From Callorhinchus milii (Eukaryota): a stretch of DNA of 41,992 nucleotides. The stretch's first letter is position 1. Each line of letters begins with the position of its first letter. Below are positions 11,171 to 20,580 of this stretch, piece after piece. The notes under the pieces were generated by a model. That model was not told the DNA's origin. It saw only the letters and a list, made by a program, of their open reading frames with translations, and did no database searches. Both the position numbers and the translations under genes were made by a program. The stretch covers positions 7,338,009 through 7,380,000 of the forward strand of contig NW_024704766.1 in the NCBI RefSeq assembly GCF_018977255.1. The letters are read 5' to 3'.

Positions 11171-13592
11171 TGTGTGTACGTGTGTGAAAGAGAGAGAGAG
11201 AGACGGAGAGAGAAGACCTGTTGAAAAAAAATCTAAAGCTCCCTACTGCTAGTCTGTCTGATTCCCTGTTTGACACAGATATCAGAGAGAGTCGCTCAGT
11301 CTCAGGAATCCGCGAGACTATGCTGCAATTTATCTGAGGAGATTTCTGAAGGCGGCAACTGACAACCAAGGACAGAAATAGACCAATATATTCTCTCATA
11401 GCCCAGGAGGGGAAACTCAGCAATGGCAAAGAGAGAGCGAGAGAGAGAGAGCAAGAGTGAGAGAGTAAGAGAGAGAGTAAGAGAGAGACATGTCCAGATC
11501 GCTCAATAACTTCTTTAAATTGACATGATGCTGTCAACTCTGTTTGTACGGACAAATGATACTTTATTTTCAATAATAAAGGAAAAAAATATCACTCGAT
11601 GCACTGTTAACATGTGGAGTCAAAGGCACGGATGAGGAAGGTAAAGCCCGTGTTATTAACTTTGATCCTAACTATACGAAAAGATTGCCGTAGCAACGTT
11701 TTTATTATCTCACTTTTCAGTTCAAACAACAATAATAATGATGATGATCCTTGCATTTTATGCAGTGCCTTTTACATCTCAAAGCACTTCACAGGATTTG
11801 ACTAATAATAATAATCCTTGCATTTGATACGGCGCCTTATCACATCTTCGAGACGACTCAAAGCGCTTCACAGGATATACTGTAAAGTGAATTGACTGTA
11901 TGTTTTGTTTGCGAAACGTAGTATGTGTTTTTGTATGCAAACCAACAAAATAATGATTCAACTAAATGTAGATAATACATGCATTGGAGAGGAGATTTAG
12001 ATGCAAGTCAGACACAGTCTTTTCTGTCACTTATAAATGTGTGTTTTGTAAACACGTCGCAGACCTGCAAAACAGAATCGAAAAGAGCTCCACTGGTCAA
12101 AAAAACAAGAATATTTAAACAATGCGGTACAGTTAGCATCAAATTCTTCTCCTGGTTTCCAACACAGAACATGATTGTGTTTCTACCATAAACCTCGCTT
12201 TGTGTTGCTGTAGAACTTGTTTTTTCGCAAGCTATTTAAACGAATCTTCTAAATCCCTTCCATTTGCAATTTCGCCCACGAACACACAGACACTGAACTT
12301 CGCAGTAAATCCCGTGACAGAGAGTTTTCGACAATGTGGTAAGGCTCTGTATCAAATGGAAAGATTATTATCAATGTATTTTCAGAAATACTGTATGAAG
12401 ATTCCAAATTTGAAAGCACCCAACGTAATTTTGACCATAAAGTATACAGTCAATTCCCTTTACAATAAATCATGTCTTATAAGCGCTTTGAGATGTCTCA
12501 ATGACGACATGATGAGGCGCTATATTGAATGCAAGGATTATTATTATAATTATTATAATATAATATATAATATAATAATAATGCCTGATTTAGAATATTC
12601 TGTTTTGTTCAGTATCAAACCTGAACTGGGACAAGATCTAGACAGAGGATTAAAGTTCCAGCCAACAGACTTATATCAGTTTGTTTCAGCGCTAACAAAC
12701 TTTAACGTTAGTTGATGTTTATGCTTGTTCACCTACACAGTCACTACACTTGTGAAGTGAAATCCTGCCAAGCATTTGGAGACATCTCTCCAAAGGGTTA
12801 AGATTGGTCTAGCTTATCCTTGAGGGGTTAAGTCATCAAGCTTGATGGGTCCTCTTTTTTAACAAAAAAATAAAAGGTTGACAAGTGAGTTTCACTCTGT
12901 CAACAAATACAAATACTAAAAAATAATAATTTAGCCGCTCAGTTCAGACTGTTTGTGGGAACGCTGTTGTGTGCAATTGGCTGCCGCGTTTCGCCCACAA
13001 AATACACAGTCGATCCACTTTACAGTATATCCCTGGAAATCCTCAACAATAATTATAATAAGGCGCTGTATCAAATGGAAGGATTATTATTATTATTATC
13101 GTTACACTTTGCAAAAGAGACTGCAGGAATAGGTCACAATCGAAGGAGTTAAAAAGAGAGTAAGAGCACCAATTTAGTCTCGCTGGAAATATCGACTTGG
13201 ACGGAGTTCAAGGGTAACTGATATGAGCCTATTAGCAACAGACTATATATACCTATCCATAGACACCGCAACACATGAGCTCTCAAACACGTCACTCTGT
13301 GAATTGGGATCTTGCCTAACCCTCAGCGAGGACACGACAAAAGGTAGAGGGAGAGAGAGGTTTTTTTTGTTCATCGAATCCTTAATCGCCAAGAAAACTC
13401 ATAAATCATCACAATACGAACGCACGGTTTCGGGAGGTTTTTGAATGTCGAATGAGACCATTTGACCATCCGGCTGATGCTTTGCCAAAAAAGGGGAAGG
13501 CAACAAGTCTGATTAAAGTCCCTTTAATCCCGAAATGAACCAATCCCTAAAGAATGAAGTCACCCAAAGGGCTCAGTCAACCTTGCGTCAGT

Positions 13593-13607
13593 TTTCCAGA
13601 AAGTTCA
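13593..13607 (+). promoter_or_regulatory. Heat-shock element of CRYAB
   Basis: tTTCcaGAAagTTCa, three alternating nGAAn units ~35 bp upstream of the TATA box, as in mammalian CRYAB promoters. Confidence 0.85.
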
Positions 13608-13639
13608 ATGAGTGGGTGTCGCTCATGTGTGTGTGTGTG

Positions 13640-13647
13640 TATATAAA
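13640..13647 (+). promoter_or_regulatory. TATA box of CRYAB
   Basis: TATATAAA about 90 bp upstream of the ATG. Confidence 0.85.
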
Positions 13648-13733
13648 GAAGTTGGACACCAGCTGACCATCATAAACAGCTCTCGGTTGAAGTCATTTGC
13701 CACAATTCCCAAAGACGTCAACAAGAAGTGGAG

Positions 13734-13940
13734 ATGGACATCACAGTCCAGAGCCCATGGTTTCGTCGGCCCATTTTCTCCAGCTCCCCTTTCCCCACAC
13801 GTGTCTTCGATCAGCATTTTGGGGAACATGTAGATTCCGAGCTCTTTCCCGGCTTCTCCGCCCTCATCAACCCCTTCTACTGGAGATTCCCAACTCCCTT
13901 CTTCCGCCTGGCGAACTGGTTGGACTCAGGACTTTCCGAG
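13734..13940 (+). CDS. CRYAB: AlphaB-crystallin, exon 1
   Basis: MDITVQSPWFRRPIF...RVFDQHFGEH...PFYWR...WLDSGLSE (69 aa); donor GAG|GTAGGT, phase 0. Confidence 0.96.
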
Positions 13941-15278
13941 GTAGGTTCTGCCCTTGTTTAAACTCTCCAAGACGTCAGCTGCATGATGGCGCTGTGTAAA
14001 TACCTGTTGTTGTTGTTGTTGTTAAACTTGAGACCCACTTGTGTTTTTTTTGTCTATCACTTGGCAGGCAAGAAACAGTAAATTCATAATAATAATAATG
14101 ATAATAATAATTCTTGCAATTGATGCTTATTAAATTAGAAGCCAATTATCCACTTATTCTTATACCTCGAATCGCTGGAACCCCTCGCCTCCATCTTGCC
14201 CCCTTCTTTGCCCGTCTTCAAACCACACCTGATAACTCTCCACTTTGATAGTACCTTCGGTCACCTCCCCTCTCTCCCCAGCTCGGAGCCAAATCTTGCT
14301 GTTAAGCGCTCCAAGATGTGACCCATGTGAAGGGTGTTGTATAAATGCAAGTTGTTGGGGTTGGGTTTAAATGATGGTTTTGCATTCACTGTTTGGTTAG
14401 TGTTTACAAGATCGAGGCAAGGACCTTTCTCCCGGTTTTCCTGGCCAACAATCCCCCAAATAGACTCAGAGCTCAAAGTCTTTGGGGCTTGAACCGGGGC
14501 TTGAATCCACAACCTTATGACTCAGAGGTGAGAGAAAGCTCCACCAACTGAGCCAGGCTGATGCCTGGATGCGATGTGTCAAACCAGGTTTGACCAAATC
14601 AAGTTATTTGTGTAAGGAATGTCTCATGTCCGCTTGACAGGCTGGTCAACAAACTGTCCTGGGAGAGAAAGCAACACCAGCGGCAGGGATCAGAGTCACG
14701 CTCTTTGTGATAAAAATAGAAGTGTCTGGGAACACTCAGCAGGTCAGGCAGCATCTAGAGAGAGAGGAAAGTGAGTCAACGTTTGAGGTTTCACGCTCTT
14801 TGTGGTTGTGCGTGTTTTACTTAATAATAATAGTAATAATCTGTTTGTTTCATACAGCCTTATCAAGTTTTCGAGACGTCTCAAAGCACTTCACAGATTA
14901 TACTCTAAAGTGCAGTGACTTTGTGTTTTGTGGGCGAAACGCGGCAGCCAATTGCACACAGCAGCGTCCCACAGACAGTCGTGGATTGAGTGACCAATTT
15001 ATTATTTTTTTTAATAGTTCTTCCATGTTGCACACCAACATTGTGGACTTGACCCCCACCTCCAACCCCATCTCACTTTCCACTTCCCTCACATTCTGGA
15101 GGTCCACCTTTTCACTCAAATCCCCAGCTCCACAGCACCTCATATAGTCCAGAGGTTAACTTACTGCCCCGCCTGTGTCAAACTTTCCAGCTGAGCACAA
15201 GACACTAAATTGCACCCAGTCTTAACCCGCACAGCACCTTTTAGCTGAAAATTTGACCTGCGGAAAATTCTTCTCTTA

Positions 15279-15679
15279 TAGCATATCAGTTAGAGCACTC
15301 GCCTCGCAAGCGAGGGGACCCGGGTTTGATTCCGGGGCAGGGTGAAACCTTAGACAAGTTCCCTTAATCCACACGCCTCTGTTTACCCAGCAGTAAGTAG
15401 GAATCCGGTTGTTAGTCGATTGGCAGATTGGATTTCCTGGGATAATAATCCCTTAAAACAAATTTGGTCACTTCAATCCACGGCTGTTTGTGGGACGCTG
15501 CTGTGCACAATTGGCTGCCGTGTTTCACCCACAAAATATACAGTCACTCCACTCTACGGTATATTCTGTGAAGCGCTTTGAGCCAAATAGAAGATGTGAT
15601 AATGCGCTCTATCAATGCAAGGATTATTATTATTATTATTATCATTTATTATTATTATTGTTATTGTTATTATTATTAT
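15279..15679 (+). mobile_element. Near full-length tRNA-derived SINE in CRYAB intron 1
   Basis: Head 'gttagagcactcgcctcgcaagcgagg...', full body and (TAT)n tail. Confidence 0.88.
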
Positions 15680-15870
15680 GTCTAAGGGCTGTTGATGGAC
15701 CATGTACAGTGACATTCTCCTCAGGGTTATTCTCGTCCAATGACCTCCTCGTCTCAGCCCTGGCTCAAAAGTTAACAACCGGAGTAAAGCTCAGCAACTT
15801 TGGGAGTAGGAGGGGGCGGTGGGGGAAATATTCATCTTGTTTCTGAGTCCGTGTGCTTTCATTCTTGCAG

Positions 15871-15993
15871 CTAAGACTCGACAAGGATAAATTTAGCATT
15901 CATCTTGACGTGAAACAATTCACACCAGAAGATCTCCGAGTCAAGGTTCTGGGGGATTTCATTGAAGTTCAAGCCCAGCATGAAGAACGGCAG
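15871..15993 (+). CDS. CRYAB: AlphaB-crystallin, exon 2
   Basis: Acceptor ttcttgcag; [41 protein letters not shown] (123 nt); donor CAG|GTACGT. Confidence 0.97.
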
Positions 15994-16491
15994 GTACGTT
16001 TGACCCTGTTTGCGGGGGAGGAGGTAAGCAGTGTCCTTGCCACTGAACCGGCTCCAAGGTGACCTGCCTGCCAGGAACGTCGGAATCAAACCAGCCCTCT
16101 GTGGCGGTCTCAGGGATCCGGTTCCTGAGTCAGATCAGTCCGAAGTACTCCCTCCAGGGCACTCACTGCTGATGACAGCACAGCCCGGCTCATCGGCAGG
16201 ACCTGGAAGGGCCGACCAGTCACAGGGGGCAGGGAATCCTCCCCCTCAGCTCCTTGTTAGCCCTGCAGCCAAAGCCCCAATGGGCAGGGTGGTCCTAGCT
16301 GGACAAGCAGCGGGAGAATTTCCCAAACAGCACCCTCAATGGTAAGCTATGTGCTTATATCTAGTTCGACTCCAGCAGTGACCCGAGTCCTCTCGTTCGC
16401 GAGGCGAGCGCGCTGACCAATACGTGTTTGTGCCTGGCCGTTTGTCCAAAGCGATGTCTCTCTCTTTCTCTCTCCTTGTGTCGTTCGGCAG

Positions 16492-16695
16492 GATGAACAC
16501 GGTTACGTTTCGAGAGAGTTCCACCGAAGGTACAAGGTGCCCGCTGGGGTCGACCCCGCTCTCATCACCTCCTCCCTGTCTGCTGATGGAGTGCTCACAG
16601 TCACCGGCCCCCGCAACATGTCTGACGTCCCGGAACGAGCGGTTCCCATCAGCCGTGAGGAAAAGCCAGCCCTATCCGGGCCTCAGAAGAAGTAG
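16492..16695 (+). CDS. CRYAB: AlphaB-crystallin, exon 3
   Basis: Polypyrimidine tract and ggcag acceptor; [22 protein letters not shown]...[10 protein letters not shown]...[20 protein letters not shown]; 177 aa in total, with the IXI-type VPI motif. Confidence 0.97.
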   Translation, partial: DEHGYVSREFHRRYKVPAGVDPALITSSLSADGVLTVTGPRNMSDVPERAVPISREEKPALSGPQKK

Positions 16696-16893
16696 ACGTC
16701 TATCTGCCCCTCTCGCTCCCAACCTCGCCCCAAGCCATTTCGAGTTATTTTTTTTCTCTCTCTTTTTCGGGCCTTTTGCTTTTGATGTGTAACTTTTTTT
16801 TTGTAACCGATCTGTTATAATCCAACATTCCTCGCATTCTGTTAGGCCGCAAATAAGTATTAACCATGACTGCCATAGCAGGACTTTCATTTC

Positions 16894-16899
16894 AATAAA
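16894..16899 (+). terminator. Probable CRYAB polyadenylation signal
   Basis: AATAAA ~200 nt after the stop codon. Confidence 0.7.
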
Positions 16900-17010
16900 G
16901 TCCAGATATTTGGGGGAAAAGAAAACAACTTCTCGAGTTTCCTTATTTGCTCCAAGTATCCACTGGTCTCAACAATAATTTACTGTCAAATCCCAACTAT
17001 TATACAGTAT

Positions 17011-17388
17011 ATAATAATAATAATCATAATCTCTGCATTTGATACAGCGCCTTATCACGACGTCAGAAAGCGCTTCACACGATACACTGTAAAGTGAATT
17101 GACTGTATATTTTGTGGGCGAAATGTGGCAGCCAATTGCACACAGCAGCGTTCCCACAAACAGCCGTGGATTGAGTGACCAAATTATTATTATTGTTTAC
17201 TTTTTTGGAGGGATTATTATCCCCGGAAAAGCGATCCGCTAATCAACTAACCAACAGGTTCCTACTTACTCCTGTTAAACACAGGTGTGTGGAGTAAGGA
17301 AACTTGCCTAAGGTTTCATCCTGTCCGGGAATCAAACCCAGGTCCTCTCGCTTGTGAGGTGAGTGCTCTAACCACTACACAGTGGGAC
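17011..17388 (-). mobile_element. Full-length tRNA-derived SINE between the convergent CRYAB and CFAP68 3' ends
   Basis: Reverse complement of head, body and (TAT)n tail. Confidence 0.88.
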
Positions 17389-17793
17389 ATTTCAAAGAGC
17401 TTTGCCTCACGGAGCAAATGACCAAAGTTAATATGCATTTTGCATATCACAATTCCATAATAATAATATCTAATAATATACTTTAATAAGTGGCTCATTT
17501 CACGCAAACACATATACATATATCGAGGCTTTATCTCTCCACAAAAAAAGACCCATTCACCACCTATCCCGTAGCCACGCCATCCTCATCACAGGAAGCC
17601 TCACACTCAATTTGGAACTGGTTTTCTGTTTAAGTCAGGCAAGGAAATAAAAGCCAAGTGGAAGAACCGTCACCCATCTCACATGGAGAGGTGATGGTCT
17701 TAAGAGTAAGACCGTGACGAATTTCAGTCCCGGGAGATGTGTGGTGGGGAGGAGAGTGGGTGGGGGGTGTGGGGGGGAAGATGCGCTATTCTA

Positions 17794-17799
17794 TTTATT
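17794..17799 (-). terminator. Probable CFAP68 polyadenylation signal
   Basis: AATAAA on the - strand ~65 nt after the stop codon. Confidence 0.6.
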
Positions 17800-17862
17800 G
17801 CTGAGCTGTTTCCACCGCCGACTGATAAAACGCTAAAAAACAAGCAAACAAAAATAATAATT

Positions 17863-18362
17863 TCAGGTTTTATTTTCCTCTGTCTTTTGCTGCGAATCTG
17901 TGATCACCGGCAAACAGATTTTCTGAAAGACCCTGGGGCCACAGCGCTGCATCACGTAGTTCTCATGAGGTCCGGGGTCCTTTACCAGGCAGGGCTCGGT
18001 GGGGGTGCAGGGTCTGCACAGCAGCGAGAGGGTCTGGTTATCCCCGACAGGTTCGGGGATCGGGACAATCTTGGTCGGGAGAGACAGGCGACATTCCACG
18101 TCCTCCTCCTTGGCCGCTTGGACCTTGGCCGGGAGCAGCCTCCCTGGCGCACAAGGTCCGCACAGCAACGAGTCCAGCGTCTCCTGCTCGGGCGAATCTG
18201 TATCATTGGCCAGAGGGAGGGTCTCTGCCTGTCCCCAATGCTGAGACAGTAGCGCTGGTTCCGAGATCTCCTGCTGGTAGGTGCTGAGCGGGAGCTTCTT
18301 CAAGTGAGGGAGCTCGAGCTCCGGCTGGTGTCCGGGGTAGATATGCTGCTCCTTTGGAAAAT
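17863..18362 (-). CDS. CFAP68: CFAP68/C11orf1-like, last coding exon with a long C-terminal extension
   Basis: Acceptor cccccag, phase 1. FPKEQHIYPGHQPELELPHLKKLPLSTYQQEISEP aligns to human FKREPHWFPGHQPELDPP...STYMNSYSKP, then the frame stays open ~130 aa to TGA. Confidence 0.88.
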
Positions 18363-18569
18363 CTGGGGGAGTTTGAGAGAAAAATGTAACTTGTACAAGT
18401 CAGGTTCATGTACTTCATTCCATCTTATTATTATGATTATTCATGATAATAATAATAATCCTTGCATTTGATACAGAGCCTCGTCACCTCGTTGAGACGT
18501 CTCAAAGCGCTTCACAGGACACACTGTAAAATGAAGTGACTGTATCGAATACAAGGATTATTATTACAA

Positions 18570-19110
18570 CAACATCAACTTGCAGGGCAGCGTCTCAGAG
18601 CGCTTAACAGTGGCGGAGCCTGACTCCGAGCCGGGTGGGGTGGCGGGGTGCATAATCATGGTCAAAAAGGAAGATTTTCAGGCGGGACTTGAAAAAGGGA
18701 GGAGAGGGAGCAAGGCGGAGGGACTGAGGGAGAGTGTTCCAGAGTTTCGGTGCATAGTGGCTGAAAGCTTGAGCTCCGATGATGGGGCGGAGGGTGCGAG
18801 GGACGAGCGGAGCCGGTGCCAGTCGAGCAGAGACACCGGATATTGGATTGGGGAGTGAGGAGGTCAGAGAGGGAGGGAGTGAAGGGATTTGAATACGAGA
18901 GTGACATTGCCAAGAGGGAGCGTGTAGATGAGAAAAAGAAGAGGCCAAGGATGGAGCCCTGGGGTAACCCCACAGGTGACCAGGCGGGGGAGGGAGGAGA
19001 AACCATTTGCCGAGATGAAATGAAGGCGTTTGGTTAAGTAGGACTCGAACCATGCGAGTGCGGACCCACTGAGGTGGATGAGGGAGGCGAGGCGGGGGAG
19101 GAGGATGGCC
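18570..19110 (-). mobile_element. Internally deleted L2-type LINE fragment
   Basis: GLPQGSILG remnant and AFSHYAPKLWNTLPQSLRL...FKSRLKIFLF. Confidence 0.75.
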
Positions 19111-19217
19111 TGGTCAATTACTTATTATTGTGGTTACATGGGAAGTGGCTTAATACCTATTTTGTTTAATCCACAGTCACTACACTGTGCAGTAACTCTT
19201 CAACTTCTGTCACTTAC

Positions 19218-19281
19218 TTCTCTGCAACTTTTCTTCCTTGTTGTAAGAGTTGCCGTAGGTGGTGCTATAGAAGTGTGCACA
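19218..19281 (-). CDS. CFAP68: CFAP68/C11orf1-like, middle coding exon
   Basis: Acceptor (t)nccag and donor GAA|GTAAGT; CAHFYSTTYGNSYNKEEKLQR aligns to human FGHYFETTYDTSYNNK; phases 0 and 1 match the neighbouring exons. Confidence 0.9.
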
Positions 19282-19359
19282 CTGGAAAAAAAAGACAAAC
19301 ATGCAATGGTGAATTATTTCCAATCCAACGGCAATTTAATAATAATCCTATTTGTTGCT

Positions 19360-19722
19360 GTTGTCATCGAGATGTCTCAAAACGCTTGACAGGATACACT
19401 ATAAAGTGGATTGGCTGTGTATTTTGTGGGCAAAATGTAGCAGCCAATTGCACACATCAACGTCCCACAAACAGCCAAACAGTGAGTGACCAAGTTTATT
19501 TGGGGGCTTGTTGGCCGGGACACCAGGAGAAACTCCCTTCTCTTTTCAGATAGTGCCCTGGGCTCGTCAACATACGCCGGAACAGGCAGATGGGACCACA
19601 GTTTAACGTCTCATCCGAAGGCTGCATCTCTGATAATGCAGCACCTGCGCAGCCCTGCATCGGATTGTCAGCTTAGACGATATGATTCCAAGTGCCTACG
19701 TGGAGCTTGAACCCACAACCTA
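19360..19722 (-). mobile_element. Deu-domain SINE (SacSINE1/AmnSINE1-like core)
   Basis: 'gtttaacgtctcatccgaag...gtcagcttag...gcttgaacccacaacc' is the reverse complement of a tRNA head plus Deu-type core. Confidence 0.7.
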
Positions 19723-19921
19723 GTGTAGTGACTGTGGATTTTCTAGGTAAACACAGCAGCCAATTTACATACAGCAATATCCCACAAACAGCCATGAACT
19801 AAATGATTAATTTTATTTGAGGGATTGTTGGCCAGGACGTTGGGGGAGAGACACTGCCTTCACTTTTTGTATAGCGCCACAGGATGTTTAATGTCCACCT
19901 AAACAAGTAGATTCCCGGCGG

Positions 19922-20284
19922 ATGAAACCTTAGGCAAGTTTGCTTCCTCCACACACCTCTGTTTACCCAGCGGTAAGTAGGAACCCGGCTGTTAGATGAT
20001 TAGCAGTTCGCTTTCCGGGGGTAATAATCCCTTCCAAAATATAAATTTGGTCACTCAGTCTGGCTTGGGATGTCCTCCGGACATGATAGGTGTTATACAA
20101 ATGTAATTTATTGTTGTTGTTGCCTGTGGGAAACTGCTGTGCACAATTGGCTGCCGTGTTTCGCCCACAAATTTTAGTCAATCCACTTTACAGTATATTC
20201 TGTGAAGCGCTTTGAGACGTCTCAATGACGTGATAAGGCACTGTATCAAATGCAAAGATTATCATTATTATTATTATTATTATT
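19922..20284 (+). mobile_element. 5'-truncated tRNA-derived SINE with an inserted L2 tail
   Basis: SINE body interrupted at ~20060-20122 by 'gggatgtcctccggacatgataggtgttatacaaatgtaatt(ttg)n'. Confidence 0.75.
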
Positions 20285-20386
20285 GTAGCACACCCTCCAA
20301 AACTGCACTCTGGAGGCTGCCCTGCTTGATGGGCGCGATATGAATACAAGTTGTTGTTGTTGTTGCATTGCACTGACACTGATTAC

Positions 20387-20566
20387 CTGCGTGGGCAGAG
20401 GCTTCATTCTGTGCCTCTCCTTGAGGGAACATCTCTCTTCAAACCACAGCCCGTCCAGAGTTTCCAACGAGTAGCGTTTCTCAGCCCTGACCTCCCTGAA
20501 GTCCTGCTGGTCACCCAGGTCAGGGCTGAGAATGGAGGTGTTCAGCAGGTAAGGGTGGGCAGCCAT
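20387..20566 (-). CDS. CFAP68: CFAP68/C11orf1-like, first coding exon
   Basis: MAAHPYL...[30 protein letters not shown] aligns to human TYSNRTLMGNWNQERYDLRNIVQPKPLPSQ; donor CAG|GTAATC. The start codon is less certain. Confidence 0.85.
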
Positions 20567-20580
20567 TGGCGGCTGTGCTG

